A DNA stretch of 64,000 bases from Octopus sinensis. Its lineage: Eukaryota. Shown here piece by piece: positions 38,929 to 52,551 of this stretch. A program made the position numbers and the translations under genes. The DNA is taken from assembly GCF_006345805.1 (NCBI RefSeq), contig NC_042998.1, positions 146,816,001 to 146,880,000 on the forward strand, given 5' to 3'. Each line of letters opens with the position of its first letter. Within the stretch, counting starts at the first letter, position 1. The notes beneath the pieces are model-generated. The model saw only the letters and a list, made by a program, of their open reading frames with translations. It was not told the DNA's origin and did no database searches.

Positions 38929-40961
38929 TAAAATTGAAGTGGAATATGGAAACACCTCTTGTTAGCTATGGAATTCAGAGTCAGAATTGTTTCAGTGAAT
39001 TTAACTTAAAGTCCAAACACTTTAAGTTCCATGTTACTACTTCTCTGATTGCACCAACGATAATTATATATAAATATTTATATGTATGCTGTTAAAATGT
39101 ACAATAATATGGCATATATATATACTACTGAAGTATATGTACTATTGGAAAGGTTGACTCTATTCCTTTGTCTGATAAAGGTTAATGGGTATTATTACAG
39201 AAATCAGAATTGAAGTTTAGTGACAACCAAAACCTAAGCTAATTTCTCTTCAAATTTGCACATTGTTGTCTGTAATGTAATGAAGTATACTAAATGTAGT
39301 TAGTATCATTCTGAGATAGGTGTTTGCTGTTATCACTTTTAAAACCTAGTTTTTTCAGATGAAGTGTCATCTACATAATTTGTGAAGTAGATATTGGTAC
39401 TATTGTGGGATCCAGCAAATTTTAATTAGAGTAACTGGACAAGTTGTATGCTTAGTATCTAATTGGATAATCTAATTTTAAAATGGTTAGGTTGTTGTTC
39501 TGGGATCAAAAATCTGCTAGGATGTCTTGAACTAAAACAAATCAATCAAGCAAGAGTATGTGAAGTATACATATATTGGCTTTCAGAGCCCACTAGATAT
39601 ACAGTTATGTGTGTGAATGTATGTGTACTTATGGATGGTTTAGAGTTCTGGTTGGTCCATAAACTATAAAACATAAAAATAATGCTTAATAAAATTCTAG
39701 TGGTATAAGGTGACTGTTCTTGTTGGTAAAAAAAAATAGTGTAGAATAGAAGAGACAAGAACACTTGTGTTGTTAAAACAATTGGGATGCAAAGAAATCC
39801 ATATCTTTCAATACCCTAGATGCATTAAATATAACTAGCAAGAAACACTGCCCTTTGAGAAGTTTTCTGCTAGTCGCTAAATAATATTACACATCTGACT
39901 CTCAATTTGTGTAATTTTTCTGATATATGTCTTTTTGTATCTGTTATTCACTGAATATCACTCTCTTGCTCAGTAAATAAATTTAGAATCATATTCTAAC
40001 AAATATGAAAGGATACTGGAATCAACATAACTTGATTGGTGCTGGATTACAATCTGGAAAAATGTTTTTGCTAACATGTCTGTAGAAAGTAGCATCATGA
40101 AGTGTAAAAGAGAGAGACGGGGGAAATGATATCTTGTAGTATGAATATATGCTATCTCACAGTGAATAAAAATTAGTTTTCTGTAGTTGAAATCTTCATA
40201 ATAAAAGATTTTTAAAAACCACATTTTGATAAAAATATATTAATATTAAAATTTTTAAGAATTTTTTTAGATAGCATAAACTTTAATAATTACTTCTTTT
40301 AGTAAAAGTCACATACTCTCAACTAATGCAAAAGCAACTTTCTTCATTAGATAGAGTATTGATGAGTATCAGTAATCATCAGAGTGATGAAACTCTGTTA
40401 GCTTATTTATTACTGGTGTAGTTTAGCTACAAGGCCAGCAAACCTATGATAATAAATGTTCCAGCTATGAAACCATCCTATCTTTTTTTTCCTCCCATAT
40501 ATGAGGGATATCATATTATCAAGTTTATCCTCTTGCTTTTAAGATAGCAGAGCACAATCTGAGGGATAGCAGGGTGCAATTCCAGCCATGAAACCATCCG
40601 GTTTTTTCCCCCTTAGTTATAATGCATCTAAATATGTGATCTGAAGATTTGGCTGCTTTTCGAACAACCACATAAAGGTTCCTTCATTAGTTTGTATTGA
40701 ATTAGTTGATGCACTCAGTGTTGGAATTGGAACAAATAATGATTGTATAGTTGCTAGGATTGGGAAAATACTTGGGGGAATGTTGCATCATTTAACAATA
40801 AAATGTTTCCTATTTCTTGCTTGGAAGCAGGTGAAGGTTGGTGACAGGAAGGTCACTTAGCTGTAGAAAATCTGCTTCAATAAACTTGATCTGATCCATA
40901 CTTGCCTGGAAATAATGATAAAAATAATAATATTATTATTTGCCAATAATAATAATAAAAA

Positions 40962-40962
<1 letters not shown>

Positions 40963-41041
<79 letters not shown>

Positions 41042-41062
41042 TACTACTACTACTACTACTAA
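40963..41062. repeat. (ACT)n microsatellite, about 100 bp
   Basis: Direct reading. Confidence 0.98.
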
Positions 41063-41097
41063 TAATATGATGATGATATATATATATATATATATAT

Positions 41098-43651
41098 GTT
41101 GGAGGTTCCTACGAGACAAGATCTACTGACTAGATCTGTGGCTGGTGCAAAGTTCCCTCTTGACCTAAGGTAACGTGGTGGTGGAACAATGTAGTTGATA
41201 GGGCTATTAGGGAAAAGAAACAGGCATGGAAGGACTGGAAGTGTGGTGGTAGCAGGGAACTGTATCAGATTACCAGAAGGGAAGCTAGGAAACAGGTTTA
41301 CTTAGCCAGAGGGGAAGCATATCAGAAAAAATTTGCCAATGATCTACATCGTGAGGACCAGAGACTTGAAGTGTTTCATATTGCAAGACAGTTTGTGAGA
41401 GAGAATCTTGATGTCATACGAGAGAAATGTGTCTGCATGGATGATGGCTCACTTGCATTTAATGATGCTGCAAAAAGAGAGACTTGAAGACACCACTATG
41501 AAATGTTGCTAAATGAAGAGAAGGAATGGGAAAAAGAGTCTACCAAATGTTGACCTAAAAGAGGGACCAGCTAATAGAATTGGCAGTACCTTGGTAAATA
41601 AAGCAATTAAGAGTATGAAGACAGGGAAAGCCCCCAGCCCATCAGGTATCACTGCAGAGATGCTTAAAATATCTGGTGCTGTAGGCTATAGTCAACCAGA
41701 TGATACATGAAGGAGTCATACTCAGTGACTAGTGTAGCAGCACCTTTGTCAACTGCTACAAAGGTAAAGGAGATGCATTAGATAGGAATAATTACAGAGG
41801 TTTCAAATTGTTGGATCAAGTGATGAAAGTCATGAAGAGGGTCATAGCTCAACTAATTATGAAGAGAGTTAGTTTAGATTAGATGCAGTTTGGGTTTGTG
41901 CCAGGGAGATGCACGACTGATGTTATATTTCTGGTAAGACAGCTGCAGGAGAAATTCTTAGCCAAAAATAAACCTCTGTACCTGGCTTTCATTGACACAG
42001 AGAAAACTTTTGATAGGGTCCCCTGATCCCTTATCTGGTGGTCAATGCAGAAACTAGGGACAGTGATACTGGTTGGTGAGAGCTGTACAAGCCATGCACA
42101 GAGATGCTGTCACGTGAGGGTTGGCAATAAGTATAGTAAAGAATTAAGTAGAAGTAGGAGTTCACCAAGGATCAGTCCTCAGCCCCCTCCTATTCATGAT
42201 AGTCCTCCAGGCAATAACAGAGGAATTCAAGACAGACTGCTTCTGGGAACTCTTTCATGCTGATGACCTTGTTCTGATAGCTGAATCACTACCAGAACTA
42301 GAGAAAAAGTTCCAGGAGTGGAAGCAATGTCTAGAATTGAAGGGCCTTAAAGTCAATCTAGCAAAAACCAAAGTCTTAGTAGGTAGGAAGGCAGACAAAT
42401 TATAAACCCCTTCAGGTAGATAGCCCTGCTTGATCTGTAGAAAAGGCAGGCGTAGGTACATAAGATGTACGTGGTGTAAGCTATGGACACATAAGTTGTG
42501 CAGCAATATCAAAAGAAAGCTAACTGGGAAGATAGTTTTTGTGTGTTGCAGATGCACAGGTGCAATAAACACTGAAGATGTACAGAAAACAGATTCCATC
42601 ACATCCCAGGGAAGAAAACTAGTAGTTGATGGCTTCCGTTACCTAGTTGACCAAATCAGTAGCAGGAGTGAATGTTCTGAGAGCATTGCTGCTAGAATAA
42701 AATTAGCCTGGGCAAAGTTCAGAGAGCTCCTACCTCTGCTGGTAACTAAGGGCCTCTCACTCAGAGTGAAAGGTAGACTGTATGATGTGTCTGTGTGAAC
42801 AGCCATGCTACACAACAGTGAAACATGGGCTGTGACTGCTTAGGACATGCGTAGGCTTGAAAGAAATGTAGTTTGCTCCGCTGGATGTGTAATGTCAGTG
42901 TGCTTACACGACAAAGTGTAAACGCCCTGAGAGAAAAGTTAGACATAAGAAGCATCAGATGTAGTGTGCATGAGAGATGACTGCACTACTATGGTCATGT
43001 GCTGCATATGGATGAGGACAGCTGTGTGAAGAAGTGTAACACCCAAACAGTGGAGGGAACCTGTGGAAGAGGTAGACCCAGGAAGACATGGGATTAGGTG
43101 GTGAAGCACGACCTTTAAATGTTAGGCCTCACAGAGGCAATAAGTGACTGAGACCTTTGGAGATATGCTGTGCTTGAGAAGACCCAGTAAGCCAAGTGAG
43201 ATCATAGCCATGACCGATGTCAGTGATGCATAACTGGTCTGTTTAAAAGCACCCTTCAATCGTTAGGCAATATGCTATTCTTGAGAAGACCTGTTGAGTC
43301 AAATGAAATCATAGTTGTGGCCAATGTCAGTACTGCCTGACTGGCACCTGTACCGGTGGCATGTAAAAAGCACCATTCGAGTGTGGCTGATGCCAGTGCT
43401 GGTGGCATATAAAAGCACCATTTGATCGTGGTTGATGCCAGTGCCATCTGACCAGCCCCTATGCTGTGGCATGTAAAAAGCACCCACTACATTCTCAGAA
43501 TGGTTGGCATTAGGAAGGGCATCCAGCTGTAGAAACCTTGCCAAATCAGACTGGGGTTTTGTGCAGCCTCCTGGTTTGCCAGTCCTCAGTCAAACCATCC
43601 AACCCATGCCAGCATGGAAAGTGGACATTAAATGATGATGATGATGATGAT
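41098..43651 (+). mobile_element. 5'-truncated RTE-clade LINE (ORF2 pseudogene plus 3' UTR ending in (GAT)n)
   Basis: TWWWNNVVDRAIREKK, KTGKAPSPSGITAEMLK, ELFHADDLVLIAES, GLKVNLAKTK; stops and frameshifts; (GAT)n tail. Confidence 0.92.
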
Positions 43652-43753
43652 AACACACAATCATACACACACACACACATACATACATGCCTGCACATAC
43701 ACATGCACACATACCGTTTCTGTTCCAGTGTCTATAGAAAATGCATAAATGTA

Positions 43754-45003
43754 TCAGGTCATTAAGAATGAAATGTTCGATTTTCTTATGCACAAAGTTT
43801 GACATTCATTAACTCTAATGTTTTTTCCTGACAATTCTTTGTTTTACAACACTGTAGAGTTACATCATCACTTTTTGAAATGCAGTTCATGGTGTCTCAT
43901 TATATTGTGAGTTTTCTCTTGTAAATCAGTTTTGTGTACCTATGGATAGATAAAAAATTTGTGTTGTTTATGAATATGAGTTTCAGCTTGAAACATCAAT
44001 GAGGTGTTTGGTGAAGATGTGGTGAATGAGTGCACTGTATGTTGATGGTTTGAGAAGTTCTGGTCTGGTGACTTTACTCTTGAAAATCAGCCCCGTGGTT
44101 GACTTGAGAACAAGGTGGATCAGGATGAGCTGGAAACTGTAGTAGAAGCAGATACATCTCAAACTATGCATGAGTCAGCAGCAAGGTTTTATGTTTTGAT
44201 CCCAACTGTATTGGACTTTCAGAAACAAATCAACATGGTAAAGAAGCTGGACAAGTGGGTACCACATGAACCGAAAAGGCATCAAATGACACATCATCTT
44301 GAAATTTGCTGTTCTTTGCTGTCATGACATAAAAGCAAACCACTTTTGCATTGTATTGTTACATGTGATGAAAAATGGATTCTTTTCAACCATAGGAAGT
44401 GTTCTGTACAGTGGTTGGATGAAGTGCCAAAACACAGTCCAAAATAATATTCATCAAAAAAAGCTAACGGTGACTGTTTAGTGGTCCAATGCTGATGTCA
44501 TCCACTACAGCTTCATGAGACCCGACAAGTCAATTACAGTGGATGTATATATCAACCAATTGGTTGATATGATGAGTGAACTTGCAATTAAACAACCAAG
44601 ATTGGTCAATAGAGACAGGTCAATTCTCTTGTAAGACAATGCTTGACCACATGTTGCACAAAGAATGCTATTCAAGTTACAGGAACTGAACTTGGAATTA
44701 CTCTGTAATCCACCATATTCACTGGTCCTTGCACCAACTAATATCATGTTATTCAGGTATTAAACAACTTTTTGCAAGGAAAAATCTTCAAATCTGACGA
44801 AGATGCAAAAACAGCCTTTTGTGATTTCATGACCTCTTGCTCTCCAGAATTTTTCGCTGCCAGCATAAATAAACTACTGATAAAATGGCAAAATTGTGTT
44901 GATAATTTAGGTGCATACTTTGATTAACTGCATTGCTTTTTGTTGAGATAAAGTAAAATAAACTTTCAGTTCAAAACTGGACATTTCATTCTTAATGACC
45001 TGA
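43754..45003 (+). mobile_element. Full-length (1250 bp) defective mariner transposon
   Basis: TA-flanked TIRs TCAGGTCATTAAGAATGAAATGT; transposase remnants KWVPHE, VTCDEKWIL, DNA*PH, PPYSLVLAPTN; multiple stops. Confidence 0.93.
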
Positions 45004-45445
45004 TAATAAATCCCATTCTCAGATCCTTGAAGAGAGATGAGCTGATACAACCCATTGATGGATACTTCTGTATATCAGTAGTTGGGCAATTGGTTTTAGC
45101 ATTTAGATTACTCTGTCAAATGTTATTTATTCACATTGCTTTGAATTAATCATGCAGTATCTTGTAGCTTCACGATTTTGATGGTATGATTGTTAATTTT
45201 TAGAATGATGTTGTAGGGTAGGTGTGAGAGGCTGAATCTGGCTGGTTTGAACATAAAACAAGTAGAATATTTTGGCTGGTTTAAATGTTAATGGGTTAAT
45301 ACACAAAATAAATAAATATCCTTACCTATATACATGTATGTTTGTGTATATGTGTGCATGTGTGTGCCAGTATGCATTTATGTACACTTGCAACTCAAAT
45401 GCTATACCAGGCAGAGACATTACTCTTCATGTGTTTCTCTTGTAG

Positions 45446-45638
45446 TGAAACAAGAAGATGGCTATTGATATCAGCTCAGGCAGGTTTGCACCGTGAATAT
45501 AGAGAAGAACTGAATCACCTAGCGCGCGGAGATGGACGTCTTTTGTTGCTCGATCGATGTCAGAGTGATGAGAAACCTTCTAATTTCTCTCAGAGATGCC
45601 GGGAATCTGTTGTCTACAAATATCCTGAAGTTTTACAG
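45446..45638 (+). CDS. EXT2: Exostosin-2 coding exon
   Basis: tgtag|T...CAG|gt. ETRRWLLISAQAGLHREYREELNHL...LLLDRCQ...YKYPEVLQ aligns to EXT2 [20 protein letters not shown]...FDYPQVLQ; frame joins previous exon. Confidence 0.93.
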
Positions 45639-48214
45639 GTTATTATTCATCATCTAAATTCTTATTTTATTTTATTTTGTTTTGTTTTTCTGTTGTTGTT
45701 TATTAATTAAGTTTTGAATTATTTTGCAAGAATTGAGATCTGAACTGTTGAAACCAATATTTGTTATATTGGAAAGGGTCATAAGTAATAAAGCCTATAC
45801 GCACCCTCACCAATTGTTGCTTGTCTATATTTCACTTCTGTATTTCAAAGTAGTTGATGTTTGTTTATGTCCTCAAAAATATTTTTCACTGCAAATGTTT
45901 TGAAAAAGTAAGAGAAATGAAATATACTCTGTTAAGTGTGTCTGTAGACTTTATCACTTCCCAAATATAACATCAGTTCAGTGTTTTTTTTTTTAATTCC
46001 ATATAGTTCTCTACTTGGCCTTAGCTATCATGATTCAGTAAATCTATTCATTTTGCCATCTTGTTGTTTGTGACCCTTTTTATTTGTCATAACCACTTAG
46101 TGGATTTTCTGATAATAGCTGACAGCTGAATGGCAGACCAAACCTTGTCAGTTTATATAGGTTGAACAAAATCTTCAGTATCCTTGCTAATGCACTAAAA
46201 CAGGAACACAACAGTGTCAGTGTGATGAGAATCAAACCTCCTAAATTCTCTTTAAATATATATTCATATTTATTTCATGAAGTTTTGACATTTTTGCCAT
46301 ACAACTGCAGCCTGGTTACTGACACAGTTGCGCAATAAAAAATTTGACACCTCATGGAATAAAAATAAATTTAAAGAGAATTTAATAGCTTTGTTTTAGG
46401 TAGGGCATTCAGCCATAGAAACCATGCCAAACTTGACACTGGAGCACAATGCATTCCTTGGACCCATCTGATCCTGTTGAACTGTCCACTCTATGCCAAC
46501 ACGGAACATCGATGTTAAATGATAATGATGATGATGTATTATTAAACAGCTAGAATAGATTCTTCTACAATGTAGCTGCTTCAGTTTCAACACAGTCTCA
46601 GATCAAATCATTTGCTAAACAACTACAACTGTGAAATTTTTATGTTTTGCTTTTCTCTATTAATTACTACAACATCTTTTTCTTCTCTTAACTCTTTTTA
46701 TGTTTTCCTCCCAACTAACTACCCTTATATTTACTTTGTTTTGGCCTTACAGACCACATTTATATGTATTTTATGTTAATTCTTCCCACTCTGTTGCATA
46801 TTTGCTGGTAATTAATTGGCATTTTAGTTGTACATACTTCTGAAAATGTAATACCTGGATACATCGCAAGTGTTATAACATGATGTTTTTGGGTGTTTCA
46901 TGTATTACAGCATGTAATTTCATTTAGGTGATCCAACCTATTTTAATCAAATCTACACCTGTATCCAAGTGGCACTCTACTGATCTCACTGGTCACAAAT
47001 ATTTGTTATATTTTCTAAAGTCTGTCATGAGACCTAAGGTGTATAAGGTTGGAGCTTAACCCCATTTGTCTAGATTACATCACTTCCTCCTGAACAGAAT
47101 GCTGGTCTGTCAAAGGTTAACTTTTCAGCTATTATTTGAACTCATTTACAGCTGAATGCAGTGGAACAATAGGAAATGAAGTGTTTTGCACACCGCCCAG
47201 TCCAGGAATCAAAAATTATGATCTTATGATTGTAAGTGCAACACCCTAACCATTAGGCCACACACCTTCAGATTTCTTGGCTACAACCATTCAAATGCTT
47301 TCTCTGTGACATCTACATTGTTCTTGATGGCTCCTCTGTTCATTTCTGCTCAGGATTTAACCCTTTGGCATTCAGATTACTCTGTCAAGTGCAGTTCTTA
47401 TTTATTCACATTGTTTTTGATCATGTATTAGCTCTTAGCTTTGTGATTTCAATGATATGATTGAATATTTTTAGAATGACATTGTAGGAGAGATGTGAGA
47501 GGCCAGATCTGGTTGGTTTGATATAAAACAAGTTGAATATTTTGGTTGGATATGGTTGATTTAAATATGCGAAAGATTTAATAAGGAAAATGATTATTTT
47601 TTTCCACTTTTTAGTTAATTACTACCTAATTGGTCAAAAGTTCAAGTCATGTCATTGCCATTACAGTGTGACATTAGACAAAGGACATTGTTCTTCTTGA
47701 TTCCTTGATTTGGCCAACCCTGCTGAAGAATAATTAATGGTTTAATCTCTCTAATTACATATATCAAGGTGTCAGCCACATTTTGCACCAATTCTTGGAC
47801 TACACCTGAATTTACAGGACCAAATTATGTTGGAAACCTGAGAATACTTGTTAACTACGGCATTGTTTTAGTTCTGGTTTCTATAGATTTAAAAATACCA
47901 GATGTGAAGCTATGTCTGAACATACAGACACACATGTGCACCCACCCACACACACACACATGTGCACCCCCTCCCACACACTGGCAATGTATTAAACTGG
48001 TATTATTAGCATATGTGCAGTTAAGTATTTATCAAGAATTTTGGGGGTCATGCTGGAGCAGTGTTTTTATTAAAAAGGAAAATAAATCTCAAATGTAATT
48101 ATATTGTCAATGAAATATATACATATATATAGTTCAAATTTACAGAAAACAAAAGAAAAAGACAGGTGTAGGAACAACAAGCAGGTGTATTAGTTTAACA
48201 CTGGGGGGGGGAGT

Positions 48215-48247
48215 CTTTTACGTTTCAAGCCTACGCTCAACAGAAAG
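48215..48247 (-). ncRNA. Second copy of the minimal U6 hammerhead-like motif (fragment about 48125-48310)
   Basis: CUUU-CUGUUGA-GC GUAG GC-UU-GAAA-CGU-A-AAAG; flanks homologous to 3950-4080. Confidence 0.45.
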
Positions 48248-49173
48248 GATAACAAGGAAAAAAATGGAAAGAGAATGAAAAAAACAGAGAGAGAAAAAAA
48301 CATGCAGTGTTCATATATATGTGTATATGTCTATAAAATTATCATTTATATATTCTACCATAGCTTACTCACCTTTTCATTGTAGTGTTATCAATATTCT
48401 TAAAGGTTACAAGTTGGCAGAGTTATTAGAGCATAGGACAAAATGCATTACAGTATGTATTCTGGTATCTTGCATTCAGGTTCAAATCCTGCCAAAGTCA
48501 ATTTTGATTTTAATCCCTCCAAGATCAGTAAATAAAGTACCAGTTTAGGGTAGTGAACTAGTAGTCTTCAGAATATTGGACAAGTTCCTTATGATATTTG
48601 TTTTAGCTCTTTGTGTTCTAAGTTTAAATACTGCTATGACCTACCTGGGTAGTAGACTTAATCTATCAACCAATTTAACAACACCATCTAGCATTGTGGT
48701 GGACTTTACTCTGTTGCAAACATTTGGACCAGATCTTCAGTTTGAGGATACCTTCCTCCCTCTGACTCCCCAGTCTCAGAAGCCCTGTAAAGGTTCATGG
48801 GTACTACCTTCCTGCCTGACTAAAAGATAAAACAAATAAAAGAAAGCTTTTGTAAAGATCTTTTATTGATTCTTTTTTGATTATTTCCTTTCTCTCTGCC
48901 TTGTGGTTAGGAAAGAAGTCACTATTTGTATTTTTGTGGTTGTTTTTCATTGTATTTTGCTTCAATTATAACAATAACAACAATTCTTTCTATTATAGAC
49001 ACAAGGCTTGAAATTTTGAAGGGGAAGGTACTAGTTGATTACTTTGATTCCAATGCTCTGACCTCAAAGGGATGAAAGGCAAAGTTGACCTTGACAGAAT
49101 TTGAACTGAGGACAAAGTGGGATGAAATTCCACTAAGCAAATGCTTCTGCCAACTTGCCACCCCACCACCACC

Positions 49174-49206
<33 letters not shown>

Positions 49207-49210
<4 letters not shown>

Positions 49211-50320
49211 GTCCTGATGCAGTACCAGGCAGTGGCTCTCATGGCTTCTGATCTTAACTGATTGGAAGTGTTATCATGTACATTGTTTTGTCTTGGTATA
49301 AAAGATGGGCTACAGCAAATATTCTGCTCAATACCACAGATTTGCTTGTCAGTTGTTTGACCTTAACCAGTTGAGCATGTTCCTTAGTGGCTGACGATAT
49401 GTGCATCTCTGATCACGAGCAGAAGTAGTGGGGGAACATCATAGCCATGTGTTGAGAGGGATTCTTTGGGGTTTGAATAATTCACCATCCTTAAACAACC
49501 CTTATTCAGGGACCGTTTGAGTGGGATGGGCTACTCAACCTGAAGAAAATTCTAACTGGGTCCCACCTGCAAGGTCATGTGCTGTTTATCTTGATATGAG
49601 ATCACTATGTCGCGCACATTTGGTTGTGATGCATGTGCCTGGTGTACCCTTATCAGACGGGTAATCATGATGGGTATATTGGGCTTTGTATATTTTACCC
49701 CAGTGTCACTTTGATGGCATGAACTGCTCTCTCACTCAATAATAATAATAATAAATGCCCTGATGCAGTACTAGACAGTGGCTTTTTGAACTCAAGTGAA
49801 GTGTTATCAGGTACATTGTTTTGAATTGGTATAAAAGATGGGCTACAGCAAATATTCTACTCAATACCACAGATTTGCTTGTCAGTTGTTTGACCATAAC
49901 CAGTTGAGCATATACCTTAGTGGCTGGTAATATTTGCATCTCTGATCACAAGTAGAAGTATTGGGGGAGCATCATAGCCATGTGTTGAAGGGAATTCTTT
50001 TGGGTTTGAATAATTCACTTCTGGAAATATGGGTGTTTTGTTCATTGTCCTTAAAATAAGCCTTATTCAGGGACCTTTTGAGTGGTATGGGCTACTTGGA
50101 CTGAAGAAAATTCTAACTGGGCCTCACCTGCAAGGTCATGTACCGTTTAACTTGATATGAGATCACCATGTTGTGCACATGTGGTTGTGTACCCTTACCA
50201 GGTGGATAGTCATGATGGGTATATTGGGCTTCGTACAAATGTATGAAGCCTAATATACCCATCACTTTGATGGCATGCGTTACTTCCTCACTCAGTAATA
50301 ATAATAGCAACAACAATAAT
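49207..50320 (+). mobile_element. Two diverged head-to-tail copies of an unclassified 550-bp element ending in (AAT)n
   Basis: Units about 49207-49755 and 49756-50320; both start AATGYCCTGATGCAGTAC and end CTCACTCA(A/G)TAATAAT. Confidence 0.8.
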
Positions 50321-50348
50321 AATGTTTATTAACTGTTTCACTTTTCAG

Positions 50349-50488
50349 AATGCTACATTCTGTCTGGTTATTCGTCGGGCTCGTTTGGGCCAGTCAGCAT
50401 TCAGTGATGCCTTAAAAGCTGGTTGCATCCCTGTTACTGTTGCTGATGGTTATGTATTACCGTTTTCTGAAGTTCTTGACTGGAAAAG
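50349..50488 (+). CDS. EXT2: Exostosin-2 coding exon (140 nt)
   Basis: ttttcag|AAT...AG|gt. [47 protein letters not shown]. Confidence 0.96.
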
Positions 50489-52328
50489 GTATTTAATTAT
50501 TGTATTTTTTCATAATTATTGTTATCAATCATCTATTTATTCACTGCACTTTTCTGTTCTTTTTTTTATATACAAATATACTAATTGGAATGATAATTAA
50601 TTTATGAAAAGAAAGCTGAAAATATTTTCCATGTAAAATGATATTAGACATTGTAAGAATTATAAAAACTGAAAAGAAAAACAGCTTCACTGGCAGACTC
50701 CAAGCCATGATTCTAAGTTCATCAATTCATTTGATATCCACTGTTTCTATACTGGCATAAGTTAAATGGGTACATATTTAAGGCAGTATTGCTTTTTTTC
50801 ACTCAGCTTCATGCCAGAAGCTAAAATGACATCTTTTATGCACACACATATATGTATGCATGCATCCATCAATCAATCAATCATGATAAAATAAACATTG
50901 GAGCTTGATACAGTCCTGTAGCTCATTGGGTCTTGTCAAACCATCCAATCCATGTTAGCATGAAGACATGTTAAATGATGATAAAGATAAATGATGAAGA
51001 TGATATGTACATGTATTTATGATGGGCTTTCATGCAGTTTCAGTTTGCCATTTTCACTCACAAGCTATATGTCATCTGCCCAAAGCAGTAATAGAAGACA
51101 CTTGCTTAACGTACAGCATAGAAAGTAACAGAAGGTTGACAAGTGCTCTGTCTTGTAGTTGACTGTACAGTCACTTGACAAACAATAAATATATGGGCTG
51201 AATCCCTCAATGGGGCTGTTTCTCTTTTCAGTGTCAAATTAGTGCTTATACTTATCATTTAATATCTGTCTTCTATGTTGGCCTGGGTTGGACTGTTTGA
51301 TGGGATCTGATGAGTTGGAGAATTGCATCATGCTCCTGTGTCTGCTTTGACATGACCTCTATGTTTGGACTCCCTTCCTAATGCCAACCAATTTACAGAG
51401 TGTACTTAATTCTTTTTTCATAGCACCAAATATTAATATCTAATATCAATGTAAATAAAAATGATACTAATTATATTAATAAATTGTAAGAAGTTCTCTT
51501 AGTCACATGTGTTTGCCTGTAGTAAAAAAAAAAAAAGTTAGAATTAAAAGATTAATGCAGACATTTTTCTGAACTCAATATGAGTTATGACCCATTTAAT
51601 GTAGGCAATTCCAGCATTTACTCACATACTAGGTAAATATGAATGGAATTTATTTATAAGTAGACACACACGCATGCATGCGTAGAAATACTAATAAAGG
51701 CAGTGAGCTGGCAGAAACATTAGCACGCTGGGCGAAATGCTTAGCGGTATTTTGTCTCCCGTTATGTTCTGAGTTCAAATTCTGTCAAGGTCGACTTTGC
51801 CTTTCACCCTTTCGGGGTCAATAAATTAAGTCCCAGTTACGCACTGGGGTCAATGTAATCCCTTCGTGTGTCCTTGTTTGTCCCCACTATGTTTAGCCCC
51901 TTCTGGGCAGTAAAGAAATAAGAAATACTAATAAAATGTATTTAAAATGTGTTTAATAATCTGTGGATGACAAACAAGTGGAGAAAGCATTAGAGTTGTT
52001 AGGTACCTTTAGTCCAGTCTTGCCAAAGACTTATTAACCTATGCGGTGGCTGGTACGATGAGAAAATACATCCAGTATACTCTGTAAAATGGCTGGTTAT
52101 AGGAAGGGCATTTGGCTGTAGAAACCAAGCCAAATGATGCGTATAAGCGCCAATCTATGAGAGCAGTATTTACTAATAGAAAATGACTCATGATAACTTG
52201 TGTAGCCTACACCAGCAAGAAATTGGAGCATAAAAGCAGTGGTGGTGGTGATGATGTTGATTATATGTACATTCAGAAAATTATTTGAATTCTTTTTCAT
52301 TTCCATTTTTTTCCTTTTAATTTTATAG

Positions 52329-52551
52329 AGCTGCTGTGGTCATTCGAGAAGATGAACTTGGCCAAGTGCTAAATATTGTGAAGGCTTTTTCAATGGAACG
52401 AATCTATGAAATGAGGCGACAAGTTCAGTTTTATTGGGATCGATATTTCAAGTCCCTGAAAGATATTACTTTAACCACTTTACAAATTATAAATGATAGG
52501 GTGTTTCCCTATGCTGCACGCCCCTATGAGGATTGGAATGAACCACCTTCA
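52329..52551 (+). CDS. EXT2: Exostosin-2 coding exon
   Basis: tttatag|A...TCA|gtaagt. AAVVIREDELGQVLNIVKAFSMERIYEMRRQVQFYWDRYFKSLKDITLTTLQIINDRVFPYAARPYEDWNEPPS. Confidence 0.95.
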
